Both the position numbers and the translations under genes were made by a program. From NCBI GenBank assembly GCA_038227875.1, contig JBBRPR010000037.1, positions 20,502 to 84,501 on the forward strand: 64,000 nucleotides of DNA, given 5' to 3'. Shown here piece by piece: positions 37,475 to 48,087 of this stretch. The notes below the pieces were generated by a model, which was not told the origin of the DNA, did not search any database, and worked only from the letters and a program-made list of their open reading frames with translations. Position 1 is the stretch's first letter. Each line of letters begins with the position of its first letter. This DNA comes from Planctomycetota bacterium. GTDB lineage: Bacteria > Planctomycetota > SZUA-567 > H5-PLA8.

Positions 37475-40393
37475 CTAATTGTACGTGTAGATGTTGCTGG
37501 CGGAAGTTCCCGTTCCACCGGCCGTGGTGACCGTAACATTCACCGCACCAATGGCGTGAGCTCCGGTGACGCACGTGATCGTGGTGGAGTTGACCACTAC
37601 GAGAGACGTCACCGCCACGCCGCCAATTTTCGCTGACGTCGCGCCGAGAAAATTCGTGCCCGTGAGGGTCACGGACGTCCCGCCCAGATGCGTGCCGAGC
37701 GCCGGCGCGATGCCGGTCACGGTAGGCGCGATCACGCCGCCATCGGTGATCGTCCAGCTGCGTCCCGTCACCAGCGTGGTGTTGCGCCCTACGTAAGCGG
37801 TGTCGTCGTAGGTGCTCGTGCCGCCGCTGAAGGTGACCGTCGTGTTCGTGTTGGCCGCGATCGCGCCCGCACCGTTGGCGAGCTGATTGAGGATCGCATC
37901 GTATGCGGACGTGGACATCTTCCACCCATTGAAACAATTCGTTCCGTTGGTCATGGCGTGCATGTCCAGCGCGGGGAAGTTGTACGCGTTGAGTCCTGTG
38001 CAACCGCTCCACGTACTGGTGAAATTGGTTCCAGCACCCGTCAGCACGGCGTTGAAACTGGTCAGGGCCGTGCAATTGAGCCACGCTGAACTGAAGTTGG
38101 TTCCCACGCTCAGATTCAGCGCGGGAAAAGTCGTCAGGTGGTTACAGCCGCTCCACGTCGACGTAAAATTCTGGCCGGCGGTCATGGTCAGACTCGGGAA
38201 CGCCGTCAACCCGGTGCAGCCATTCCATGCGTTGGTAAAGTCTGTGCCGCCGCTGGTGTTGATGACGGTCATCGGCGTCAGCGCCGTGCAACCCTGGAAG
38301 GCCGAGGTCCAATCCCTGACCGCAGAGGTCGCGGCGGTGGCGCTGTCGGTGGCGGTGATCTTCAACGCAGTGCAGCCGTAGAACGCGGAGTTGAACGTGC
38401 TCCACGTATTGACGCCCCACTGCGCGATCGCGGTCACCTGAGTCTTGCTGCCGCCATTGTTGAACTTCATCGTGGGGAAGCCGCCGACCGCGTTTTCCAG
38501 AACTTGGACGGTGTACGTGGCATTCGCCGGATAGCTGTGCGCGATTGGCGAATTGCTGGTGATCGCCTGCCAGTTTGCGGTATCGCCCCAATTAACCCAG
38601 GCGTTGTAGGTCGAAACTCCGTCGAGCGGGAGCGTGAACGACATGCCGACGCCGGAAGTCACCGTCAGTTTGAGCGCCAGGGTCCCGGTTCCGCCGTCGG
38701 TAATAGTCCAGGCGCGCCCGCCGTTGCCCGTGGTATTCGTAAGCAGCGTGTGCGCGGCGATGGCTGAAGCATCATACGTGGCCGTGCCGCCGTGGAACGT
38801 GACGCTGGTATGCGTGTTCGCTGCGATGGCGCCCGCACCGTTCGCGAGCTGATTGAGCATCGCATCGTAGGCCGTCGTGGACATTTTCCAGCCGTTAAAG
38901 CAGGTCGTGCCGACGGTCATGTCATGCATGTCCATCGTTGGGAAATTGTAATTAGTCAAGCCGGTGCAACCGTTCCACGCGCTGGTGAAATTCTGCCCGC
39001 TGCTCGTGCTGACCGCCCCGAAGCTGGTCATCAGGTTGCAGCCCTGCCAGGCACTGCTGAAGATTGTTCCCGCGCTCAAATTCAGCGCCGGGAAGCTCGT
39101 CAGATGCGTGCAGTTCTGCCAGGTGCCGCTGAAATTGGTGCCACCGCTGAGCGTGCTGCCGGCCGGGAAACTGGTCAGCGCCGTGCAGTTCTGCCAGGTC
39201 GCGACGAAAGTGCTGGCGTTGGTGTTGGCCGTGAGCGTGCCAAAACTTGTCAGGCCCGTGCACCCGCTCCAGGCATTGTTGAACCGCACGCCGAGGGGCA
39301 CGTTCAGCGCCGGGAAAGTGGTGAGACCCGTACAGCCCTGCCATGCTCCCAGTCCCGATCCGTCGGCCTGAAAGTCGACCACGTTCGGACAGGTAATCGC
39401 AGGAAAACTGGTCAGGCCCGAACAGACCGACCAGGCCGCGCCGAAAATGACCGCGGACGAAAAATCCGTCGACGCAAAAGTCGTCAACAAATTATCGCCG
39501 ACCCACGCGTATTGAAAATCCGTGCCCTTGCTGAAATCCAGAGCGGGAAAAACTCCCGTCAGATGCGGACACGAATTCCAGCACGAATGAAACGTCAAAC
39601 CCTTGCTGGTATTGATCAGAGGAAAACTGGTCAGCGCCGTATTGCTGTACCACGTTTCCCAGAACGACTGAACGTTGGCCGTATTCAATGCCGGAAAGCT
39701 CGTCAGTCCCGTGCACTGAGCCCACGTGTCCATAAAAATGATGGCCGACGACGTATCGATCGCCGGAAAACTCGTCAGCGCCGAACACGCGCGAAACGCG
39801 CCTTGAAAGTCCGTCACGCCCCGCGTCAGCGGCAAATCCGTCGCCGGCATCGTCATGTTTGAGCAGCCGTAAAACGACTGGCTCATCGAGACCCACACGT
39901 TCGTGCCCCACTGCGTTAAGGACAACACCTTCTTGCAATCTCCGCCGCCGTTGAAGTTCAGCGTCGGAAATCCATTGGGCGAACGTTCGGTGATCTTGAC
40001 CGTGTAAGCGCCGCCGGCCGCGTAAACGTGCGTGACGTTGGGAAACCCCGCGACCGCGTTGTTCACGATTTGAACCGCGCCATCGCCCCAATCCACGCTG
40101 CAATCGTACGTAAATGCATAGGTCGGCGAGTACGCGAGATTGGTGCCCGTTACCACGGCCGTGCCTACGTTCTGTGCATACACGCCGGTGTAGCCTCCAT
40201 TGAGCGGCAGCACGAACGTATTCGCGGCCGATCCGGGTTTGGTTGTGTCGACCGTCAGCGTCAACGGCTTCGCCGGATTCGCCGCCTGCAGAATCGCCGC
40301 CAGTTCGTTCGGCTTGACACCGTTCAACGGCTGCGGCTCAGTGGGAAGCCCTGCGAGCAGCGCGACGGCCAGGAGGAGGACCTTGATTTCCAT
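37475..40393 (-). CDS. BspA/DUF285-like repeat surface protein with C-terminal IPT/TIG domain
   Basis: Signal peptide; VDWGDG; about 23-aa repeats FxxxWxxCxxLTSFPAL; APTVTGIAPALG...GGTSVTLTGTNF. Confidence 0.8.
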   Translation of the reverse strand: MEIKVLLLAVALLAGLPTEPQPLNGVKPNELAAILQAANPAKPLTLTVDTTKPGSAANTFVLPLNGGYTGVYAQNVGTAVVTGTNLAYSPTYAFTYDCSVDWGDGAVQIVNNAVAGFPNVTHVYAAGGAYTVKITERSPNGFPTLNFNGGGDCKKVLSLTQWGTNVWVSMSQSFYGCSNMTMPATDLPLTRGVTDFQGAFRACSALTSFPAIDTSSAIIFMDTWAQCTGLTSFPALNTANVQSFWETWYSNTALTSFPLINTSKGLTFHSCWNSCPHLTGVFPALDFSKGTDFQYAWVGDNLLTTFASTDFSSAVIFGAAWSVCSGLTSFPAITCPNVVDFQADGSGLGAWQGCTGLTTFPALNVPLGVRFNNAWSGCTGLTSFGTLTANTNASTFVATWQNCTALTSFPAGSTLSGGTNFSGTWQNCTHLTSFPALNLSAGTIFSSAWQGCNLMTSFGAVSTSSGQNFTSAWNGCTGLTNYNFPTMDMHDMTVGTTCFNGWKMSTTAYDAMLNQLANGAGAIAANTHTSVTFHGGTATYDASAIAAHTLLTNTTGNGGRAWTITDGGTGTLALKLTVTSGVGMSFTLPLDGVSTYNAWVNWGDTANWQAITSNSPIAHSYPANATYTVQVLENAVGGFPTMKFNNGGSKTQVTAIAQWGVNTWSTFNSAFYGCTALKITATDSATAATSAVRDWTSAFQGCTALTPMTVINTSGGTDFTNAWNGCTGLTAFPSLTMTAGQNFTSTWSGCNHLTTFPALNLSVGTNFSSAWLNCTALTSFNAVLTGAGTNFTSTWSGCTGLNAYNFPALDMHAMTNGTNCFNGWKMSTSAYDAILNQLANGAGAIAANTNTTVTFSGGTSTYDDTAYVGRNTTLVTGRSWTITDGGVIAPTVTGIAPALGTHLGGTSVTLTGTNFLGATSAKIGGVAVTSLVVVNSTTITCVTGAHAIGAVNVTVTTAGGTGTSASNIYTYN

Positions 40394-40395
40394 GA

Positions 40396-41970
40396 TCACG
40401 GTTTTCCCCCGACCACGTCGTATGTGTCGACGCCAGTCTGAACCAGCGCACACCACGGATTGACCTGGCCGCTGACGCGAACATCGTTAACCGTGGCGCC
40501 CGCGCCTGCGACAAACGCACACGAACCTTTCGACGCCAGACCAAATCCGTTCGGCATACCCGTGTTCACCGTAAAGGACGGGGACGCGGTGCAAATCAAC
40601 GTCGCGGCGTCATCGGTCGCGACCAGCGCGCGACCGGCGCTTTCGGCGCTCACCACTCCAACGCCAAGATTGGTCAGAGCCGCCGGAGCGGTCGTCGCTC
40701 CCGTTCCGCCGTTGGCAACCGCCACCGCGCCACTCAAATTCGCCGCGGTGAGGTTCGTTAGTCCCGAGCCGCTCCCTGAAATCGTACCCGTCGTGCTGAT
40801 GCTGCTGTTGCTCGCGAGATTCCCACCGGTAATCGTGCCGTTGGCAATCTTCGCGCCGGTAACCGCGCCGGCCGCGATGGAATTGTTGTTCGCCGCGCCG
40901 CCGACGTCGCCGCTCAGCGTCACGCCGCCGGCCACCGCACTGATCTTTCCGTCAGGCGCCACTGAGATCGACGAATTGTCCGCGTAAACAATTCCTGCCG
41001 TCGCAGGCGCCGTCCCCGCGAGCGGAAGACGCGCCACCGGCACCGTGCCTGTAGCGATGTTCGAACCGTTCAACCCAGTCAATCCCGCACCGCTTCCGAC
41101 CAAAGCGCCTTGAGCGTTGATCGCCGTCTTGACCGCGCCCGCGGCATCCTGCCACTGTTGCAGGTCGCCGGTTTGATTGACCGAGTTGGCTTTGACCACC
41201 AGCCCGGCCGTCGCGTCGCTGCCGGTCAGCACGGTCTGGGTTCCCGTGGTGAAGGTGTTGGGGGAATTCCGCAGCGCAATGTTGGGATTGAGCCGGTTGA
41301 TATTAATGGTGGAACCTGTCGCGCCGTTGTTGATCGCCGCGACAATGCTGTCGCCGGAATTCGCAGCCACACTTTCGGACGCAGGCAGCACCGACCAGAG
41401 CGCTCCGCCGCTTCCATCCGCCAGCAGCGCGAAGTTGGGGGACGATTGGCCGCTGGAAATCTTCAGCGCAGTGACCGCGCCGTCGGCAATCGTCGATGTC
41501 GTGACCGCGCCGTCCGCCAGTTTGTTCGAGGTAACCGCGTTATCCGCAAGCTGCACCGTGCCCACGCCACCCGACGGCGTGCCGATCGAGAACATTCCCG
41601 ACGTGGCGGTGAACACACCGTCGGAGACGCGAATCAGGCACGTGTTGGAGGCAGGCAGTCCCACCTGCCACGACAGGGTCGTGCGCTGCGACAATTCTGT
41701 TGCGCCACTATTGATCGTGCCCAACGGCGAAAACGTTTTTCCGCCGTCGCGGCTGAGTGTGACATTGAGAATCTTGATTCGAGACGAAACGCGGACAACC
41801 TGAGACTGACCGACGACGTAAATTTCTCCACCGGCAGGCGTCGTGAGCGTAACGCGAGCTTGCGCGGCAATCGCTGCCGTGCAGAAACACGACGTGTAGA
41901 TTACGAGACAGAGTCTCAGGATTCGGGACACTGTCCGACGACTGTTATTGCCAAACGGCAGTAGCTGCAT
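40396..41970 (-). CDS. Secreted Gly/Ala/Thr-rich fibrous protein with AVTxxKIADG repeats
   Basis: Signal peptide; LSRDGGKTF; NAVTSNKLADGAVTTSTIADGAVTALKI; VANGGTGAT; stop 2 nt before the next ATG. Confidence 0.72.
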   Translation of the reverse strand: MQLLPFGNNSRRTVSRILRLCLVIYTSCFCTAAIAAQARVTLTTPAGGEIYVVGQSQVVRVSSRIKILNVTLSRDGGKTFSPLGTINSGATELSQRTTLSWQVGLPASNTCLIRVSDGVFTATSGMFSIGTPSGGVGTVQLADNAVTSNKLADGAVTTSTIADGAVTALKISSGQSSPNFALLADGSGGALWSVLPASESVAANSGDSIVAAINNGATGSTININRLNPNIALRNSPNTFTTGTQTVLTGSDATAGLVVKANSVNQTGDLQQWQDAAGAVKTAINAQGALVGSGAGLTGLNGSNIATGTVPVARLPLAGTAPATAGIVYADNSSISVAPDGKISAVAGGVTLSGDVGGAANNNSIAAGAVTGAKIANGTITGGNLASNSSISTTGTISGSGSGLTNLTAANLSGAVAVANGGTGATTAPAALTNLGVGVVSAESAGRALVATDDAATLICTASPSFTVNTGMPNGFGLASKGSCAFVAGAGATVNDVRVSGQVNPWCALVQTGVDTYDVVGGKP

Positions 41971-42232
41971 TTTTTAGGTCCCCGTTTTAGGGTGGCATCC
42001 AGAAGTTTCCGCCACTCCTGCAATAGAGACTGCAAGTAATGTACCCAAAGTGCAATTTCTGTAAGAAATGCAGCGCACTGACTTTATATAAATATATAAA
42101 GGACGCATACCGACCCGTCTCACGGTAGGAGACCGAACCGCGCCGCCGCCGGTCTCACGGCATTTTTTTCAACACGTGTACTGCGGAGAACATCGACGTC
42201 GGAAAATTTTTTCCGTTCCGAATCAGGACATG

Positions 42233-42523
42233 TCAAGCTTCATCAGAGCCGCGATTTTTTCGCCGCTCAATCAGATACTCACACGCTTCCGCGACATAAT
42301 AAAGGAGCACCAGCAGCCCTGCGCACAGCACCAACACAAATCCAAACGCGACGAGAAGATTCTCGCCGCGCGCCGCCAGCTTTCCGGCAAAGCCGTCGCG
42401 CAAAATCGGCCTGAGATAATTCACCAACGGAAACAACAGTGTGCCGCCCACTCCGACCAGCACCAACGCCGTGCTAAGATGAATCTGGTAAAAGCGCCGC
42501 GTCTTATTTTCGGAATCGTCCAC
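42233..42523 (-). CDS. Small 2-TM protein
   Basis: RRFYQIHLSTALVL followed by two hydrophobic segments. Confidence 0.55.
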   Translation of the reverse strand: MDDSENKTRRFYQIHLSTALVLVGVGGTLLFPLVNYLRPILRDGFAGKLAARGENLLVAFGFVLVLCAGLLVLLYYVAEACEYLIERRKNRGSDEA

Positions 42524-42532
42524 GTTCGGTCC

Positions 42533-42787
42533 TCAACTCTCGTCAATTTCCCGGCTCATCCCGACAATCCACCGCCAGACCGCGAACAAGATCACGCCCA
42601 GATAAATGCAGATGAAGAACATGCGCCATCCTTCACGGTTGGATTCCTCAAATCGCCTCACGACCAACGGCATCAACAGTCCGCAGATCAGCATGATGGC
42701 GATCACCGTGCTCAGGCGAAAGTTGAACCGCTCGAGTTTTGAATCCGCTGAACTCTCGGTTGCGTGCGCTTCGGGGTCGTCGCTCAT
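42533..42787 (-). CDS. Small 2-TM protein
   Basis: RFNFRLSTVIAIML followed by two hydrophobic segments. Confidence 0.55.
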   Translation of the reverse strand: MSDDPEAHATESSADSKLERFNFRLSTVIAIMLICGLLMPLVVRRFEESNREGWRMFFICIYLGVILFAVWRWIVGMSREIDES

Positions 42788-42976
42788 ACGCCACTCCAAT
42801 GTCAAAATTCTCGCATTTGGTACGCCTGCGTAACATCCGATTCCTATTGCCATTTACATCTCCCTACCGGACACTCGCCCGTAAGGTCTCCAGATTTTTA
42901 CCGACATCCGCCCTGCAGTGGAGTACTAAGTACAACGTTTAGTTACACGGTGCTCGCATTCGAGGTACTTTCGACC

Positions 42977-45844
42977 ATGGCAAAGTCGATCCCAACCACG
43001 GTGGTATTGGTTGCCCTTAGCGCCCTCCTCTGCGCCACAACCTGGGCAGAATCCGACACACCAACTCAGGCCGCCACCGACTGGCCGCAATGGCGCGGTC
43101 CCAATCGCGACGGCATCGCGCCCGCCAGTCCCAAGCTCCTCGACACCTGGCCCAAGGAAGGTCCACCGCTGCTCTGGAAAAGCGATTGGATTCCCGGCTG
43201 CCAGGAAGGCGGCACCGGCAGTCCCATCGTCGCCGACGGCAAAGTCTACCTCTACGCCAGCGCAAAGTTTCCCGCCAACGGTGGCAAGCCGTACCAGATG
43301 ATCACGCCCGAACTCCTCGCCGACTCCGGCTGGCTGGCGAATCTCCCCGACGATCTGGCGAAGAAAATCGAAGCCGCGTGGTCGGACAAGGATCGCCCCA
43401 GTACCGCCGGCTGGGACTGGCTCAACCCGGAGCTCGCAAACAAACCCGCCGAAATGGATGCCTTCCTCGCCAAGAAGCCGGACGTCGACACGTACATCAA
43501 GAATTTCATCGCGACGCTCAAACCCGAGGAGGCGAAACAGTACGGCGACTACATCAAGAAGCGCCTGCTCATCGACCTGCCCCGCAACAAATGGGGCGTG
43601 CCCAACGGCCTCTCGTGGGACCAGTTGACCAAATTAAATGCCATGCGCGACACCGTGCTGCCGTCGTACCGGCAGTGGGGCCACGCGCTCGAGAAGCTCA
43701 ACCTGGGCTGGTTCGTCGAACGCGCGTTTCTCCGCGCCGTCACCATCACCGATACCGTCTACTGCCTGGACGCCGCAACCGGCAAGGAACTCTGGCACAA
43801 AACCTTCCCGGTCGACGTCGCCGTGCTGAAAGATCCCGGCGTCCAGTGGTGGTGCTTCGGCGCCGCCGACTTCGGAGCTGTCACGACCGGCTCGTGCTCC
43901 ACGCCCGCGTTCTACAAAAACAAGCTCTACGTCGCAGGCTTGATGGGGCTCTACTGCCTTAACGCCAAAGACGGCTCGACGGTCTGGCAAGCGAAAGGCC
44001 CGCCCGAACACGCCTCACCTTTGGTGAGCAACGGCGTTGTCTACAACGTCGGCGTCGCCTACGACGCGGAGACCGGGACGGAACGCTGGAAAAATCCGTT
44101 CTGGGACGGCAAGCACAAGAAGTACGAATGGACCGCGCGCTACACCTCTCCACTGCTGCTGGCGTCCGGAGGAAAAAACTACGTCGTCACCACCGATTAT
44201 CGCGAAGAAGCCACCAGTTCCTACTGCCTGCTGGATCTGGAAACCGGCCAATCACAGTGGAAGCAGAAAAGCCCCATCGGCGTCATCACCAACCTGCACA
44301 ACGATATCCTCATCGCGCCGCCCATGTACGGAGGCAGCGGCACCGTCGCCTACAAGCTCACGCCCACCGGCGCGGAGAAGCTCTGGAAAAAACTCGTCCC
44401 CGGCAGCGCCGGCCACGTCTACCAGGACCACCTCTACATGCCCAGCGGCGCGTACCACTGCGTCGATCTGAAAACCGGCGAATACAATTGGAAGAAAAGC
44501 ATCGGCGGCGGCGTGGCGGAATGTTCGTCGTCGGTGCTCGCCGACGGAAAAATCTTGACGCCACTCGGCGAATGCCACCAGTTGACCAAGAACTTCGGCG
44601 ACCTCACCTACTCGCTTTCCATGATCAAAGCCACGCCGGAAAAGTACACGGAGCTGGGCGTCTTCAACCCGAAGATGTGCATGATGACCGCCCCCGCCGT
44701 CGCCAACGGCAAACTTTACCTCCGCCTCCTCGACGGCATCGTGTGCTACGATCTGCAGGAACACGGCGTGTACACGGATAACGTTGCCGCCGCGAAGGAC
44801 ACCGTCACGTTCAACTTCAAACAGACCGGCGGCGGGCTGAGCGCCAAGGACATCGCCGCCATTCAAATCACCGCTGCTGATGGCAGCGCCAAACCCGCGA
44901 GCGCACGCATCGACGGCGACGCGCTGATCGTCGACGTCAAAGACGCCGCGCTGCCCTTCACCATCTCCGCGCCCGCCGGCGCGCTCACCGGCAAAAACGG
45001 TCTGCCCTCCCCCGCGCTGACGTGGAACGAATCCCGCGCGCTGAAATTCCAGAAGTGTTTCGACAACACCATCAAGCTGACCAGCGCGCAGCCGCTGCAA
45101 CAGGACGGCCGCTGGAGCAAACCTGAAGCATTCGAGGTCGCCGGCGCCAAAGTCACCAAAGTCGATCTCGATGCGCAGGGCCATTCCGTCAGCCTGATCA
45201 CCGACAAGACCTGGAAAGTCGGCGACGCAATTACGATCTCCTACAGCGCCTATCCCGTCGAAAAAGGCGAACCCCGCCGCGAAAAACTCACCGCCACCGC
45301 CGCCGAACCGCAGCGCGCCTCCGCCACGTTCGTCAAGCTCGACGAATCCACGCGCGGCACGTGGAAAGGCGTCTACGGCACCGAAGGCGCGCTGATCGCT
45401 GGCGACAAGGGTGTGACGCAAGCCCCCAAGTGTGCCACCGTCGAACTGGTCAACAAGACCGACGCCATCCCCTGGGCGCCCAACGCCGCCGAAGACCGTT
45501 ACGCGCAGAAAACCGGCGAAGCCAAGGATCGCACCGTGACCTCCTGGGTCGCGCCCGAGCAGTTCGACATCAACATCGACTTCACCGACGGCAAGGAACA
45601 CCAGGTCGCGCTCTATTGCATGGCCTGGGGCAAGCAGTGCGAACTGCTGGTCGAAGTCATCGACGCCGACACCCGGGACGTCCTCCATTCACTACCGGTC
45701 AAGGATTTCATCCAGGGCAAGTACCTCGTCTGGAACATCAAGGGGCAGGTGATCGTGCGCCTCTCCAGCACGATCCAAGCCGAAGGCACCGTCGCGCAGG
45801 CCAGCGGCCTGTTCATCGATCCAGCCGGCAAGGCCGGCAACTGA
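42977..45844 (+). CDS. PQQ-like (BamB-type) beta-propeller protein with large insert and C-terminal beta domains
   Basis: DWPQWRGPNRDG, SPIVADGKVY, CLDAATGKELW, TAPAVANGKLYLR. Confidence 0.85.
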   Translation: MAKSIPTTVVLVALSALLCATTWAESDTPTQAATDWPQWRGPNRDGIAPASPKLLDTWPKEGPPLLWKSDWIPGCQEGGTGSPIVADGKVYLYASAKFPANGGKPYQMITPELLADSGWLANLPDDLAKKIEAAWSDKDRPSTAGWDWLNPELANKPAEMDAFLAKKPDVDTYIKNFIATLKPEEAKQYGDYIKKRLLIDLPRNKWGVPNGLSWDQLTKLNAMRDTVLPSYRQWGHALEKLNLGWFVERAFLRAVTITDTVYCLDAATGKELWHKTFPVDVAVLKDPGVQWWCFGAADFGAVTTGSCSTPAFYKNKLYVAGLMGLYCLNAKDGSTVWQAKGPPEHASPLVSNGVVYNVGVAYDAETGTERWKNPFWDGKHKKYEWTARYTSPLLLASGGKNYVVTTDYREEATSSYCLLDLETGQSQWKQKSPIGVITNLHNDILIAPPMYGGSGTVAYKLTPTGAEKLWKKLVPGSAGHVYQDHLYMPSGAYHCVDLKTGEYNWKKSIGGGVAECSSSVLADGKILTPLGECHQLTKNFGDLTYSLSMIKATPEKYTELGVFNPKMCMMTAPAVANGKLYLRLLDGIVCYDLQEHGVYTDNVAAAKDTVTFNFKQTGGGLSAKDIAAIQITAADGSAKPASARIDGDALIVDVKDAALPFTISAPAGALTGKNGLPSPALTWNESRALKFQKCFDNTIKLTSAQPLQQDGRWSKPEAFEVAGAKVTKVDLDAQGHSVSLITDKTWKVGDAITISYSAYPVEKGEPRREKLTATAAEPQRASATFVKLDESTRGTWKGVYGTEGALIAGDKGVTQAPKCATVELVNKTDAIPWAPNAAEDRYAQKTGEAKDRTVTSWVAPEQFDINIDFTDGKEHQVALYCMAWGKQCELLVEVIDADTRDVLHSLPVKDFIQGKYLVWNIKGQVIVRLSSTIQAEGTVAQASGLFIDPAGKAGN

Positions 45845-45865
45845 TTTCATAAGGAAAGTCGACGT

Positions 45866-46615
45866 ATGCGAACGATCCTGAGCATTGCCTTGCTGGCCGC
45901 CGTACTTTCGGTGGTGGTCTCGGCCGCTGCCGAATCCGATCCGGGCGCGTTCACACTTCCCGCGACAAAGGATGTGCGCGTCACCTGCCACCGCGACGAA
46001 GCCGACTTCAACGGCGGAGCTTCCCCGCGGCTGCGCACCAGCAACATCAAGCAGAACGCCGCCGAAGTCACACTTCTCGACGTCGACCGCGCCGCGCTCG
46101 CTGCGTTTCTCGAGAAGAACAAGGACAAGACTATCGCCGCCAAACTCGTCCTCGTCAGCCGCGGGCTCCATCACGGCTCCAGCGCGAAAGTCGAACTCGC
46201 CGCGCTCGACACCGACTCCGATTGGATCGAAGGCGACAAGAACGCCGCCAAAGCCGTCAAAGGCGAACCCACGTTCCTCGCCGCGCAATTCGAAACCAAG
46301 CCCTGGACCAGCGCCGATGGCAAGGAAGTCGCCAACCTGCGCGACCTCTTCTACGACACCGCCGCCGACACCATCAAAACCCCGCTGAACGCCCACACGC
46401 TGACCGTCAAAGCCTCGGAAGAAGACAAGGAAGTATCCTTCGACCTGCACGCCAAATTCCTCGCCCACGTCGCCACCGATGCCCACTGCAAAGGCCTGAT
46501 CCTCTTCAACCGCGACCGCAACATGCTCGCCGACTTCTACAGCCGCGAACAAGACGGCAAAGGCGCGAAGCTGGTGCTGACCACCACAGAACCGCAAGCG
46601 CGCCAAGGAAACTAA
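45866..46615 (+). CDS. Secreted hypothetical protein (possible DNRLRE/CBM96-like beta sandwich)
   Basis: Signal peptide; ATKD..., FYSRE, KLVLT; RBS AAGGA. Confidence 0.6.
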   Translation: MRTILSIALLAAVLSVVVSAAAESDPGAFTLPATKDVRVTCHRDEADFNGGASPRLRTSNIKQNAAEVTLLDVDRAALAAFLEKNKDKTIAAKLVLVSRGLHHGSSAKVELAALDTDSDWIEGDKNAAKAVKGEPTFLAAQFETKPWTSADGKEVANLRDLFYDTAADTIKTPLNAHTLTVKASEEDKEVSFDLHAKFLAHVATDAHCKGLILFNRDRNMLADFYSREQDGKGAKLVLTTTEPQARQGN

Positions 46616-46923
46616 TTTCCCCGGACGTGACGAGCGATGGGTAATCCGTGGTTACTACTCTTAATTAAACACGCCATAAATCATAGCCGCATGCAGATGC
46701 CTGCCATTTAGACGTATGGGAAATGACACGGCGATTGCAATTTGGACAGTCAAGCGCCTCTTGCAATCGGGAACGTGAGTGTGTGCCACTGGTGGCTGGC
46801 CGTTAAGCCACCAGTGCGAACTCGCAAGCGTCCGTGTCCATCCGTGTTGCACGGATCGCGATGAAATTCGTGCCACTGGCTCAACCGCGACAGCGGTCGT
46901 TGGGTGCCATAGCGAATTGCTCA

Positions 46924-47498
46924 GGCGCGTGGCATGATTCAAACCCCACCGCGCTCGTCTCTTGCTCCGGTCGTTGGGTGCCATGCGTCTGAGGCCGTTT
47001 TCAGACGCATGCGTTGCGCGTCGCCACAAACAAATACGTCTCATTCCTCCGCCCCGACCCCAACGGGGTCCGTTTTCGTCAGCGAAGGGCAAAGGAGCAC
47101 GGACGCGAATGCGTCCGGGCTCCGCCGCCCTGGAAAAAATGCGCGACGATTCAAAATTGTCCTGAAGGGACAACCTAGTTGCCGCACGGTACTCAGCCCA
47201 ACGGGCTGAAATGGCGGGTGGCATGGTTCAACCCCACCGCTCTCGTCTTGCTCCGGTCGTTGGGTGCCATGCGTCTGAAGCCGTTTTCAGACGCATGCGT
47301 TGCGCGTCGCCACAAACAAATACGTCTCATTCCTCCGCCCCGACCCCAACGGGGTCCGTTTTCGGCAGCGAAGGGCAAGGAGCACGGACGCGAATGCGTC
47401 CGGGCTCCGCCGCCCTGGAAAAAATGCGCGACGATTCAAAATTGTCCTGAAGGGACAACTTAGTTGCCGCACGGTACTCAGCCCAACGGGCTGAAATG
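46924..47498. repeat. Tandem duplication of a ~287-bp unit made of REP-like palindromes
   Basis: Copies at about 46924-47212 and 47213-47498 are near-identical; contain GACCCCAACGGGGTC, GTCCTGAAGGGAC, CAGCCCAACGGGCTG, ATGCGTCTGA..TCAGACGCAT. Confidence 0.9.
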
Positions 47499-47736
47499 CG
47501 AAAGCCAGGGGCAACGCCCCTGGAAATGTCGCGCGCGATATTCAAAAGCTCTGAAAGAGCGACATGGCGGTACCGGCCAACCGCACTATTTCAGAACCTG
47601 CACGCGGTCCGAACCGAACCGCCTGGATCGCGCGCTATAATCCTTATAGTCTACTCGCCCGTTGCTCGTCTACTCTGCCCCTGGCCCCTGACCCCTCGCG
47701 CGTCAGCGCGCAAGCGCGCACGCGAGTAGTGCGCTA

Positions 47737-48087
47737 CTGCACGTTATGTATTATAAAATCTTTTTTACTAAATTTACAGAAAACACTTTTTTTTCACTTC
47801 TCGACCGCATAGATATGATAGAGAAATCGACAATCCTCGTTTTAGATGCCGTTCGTCCGTACTCATGCCGGAAACTTCACGCCGACCTTCGGCACGCCTC
47901 AAATTTGCGCTGTAGCAGCCTGTAAACCGCTCTAACACACCCTCCCGATCGAGAAGCCCAAATGACCGCCCACACATCCACAGCCCCACAGAACGCAAAA
48001 GACGAGGTCGTGCCGTACCACTACCCGGCACATTTTCTGCACGTCATGTATTATAAAATCTTTTTTACTAAATCACCAGAAAACACT
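47737..48087. repeat. AT-rich 51-bp direct repeat, two copies 300 bp apart
   Basis: CTGCACGTyATGTATTATAAAATCTTTTTTACTAAAT...CAGAAAACACT at 47737 and 48037. Confidence 0.85.

Noticed and set aside
40396..41970. Prophage tail fibre
   Set aside because: Has a signal peptide and no phage structural, packaging or integrase genes nearby
46661..47729. Short ORFs within the REP cluster
   Set aside because: Duplicated in several frames as a by-product of the repeat; no coding signature
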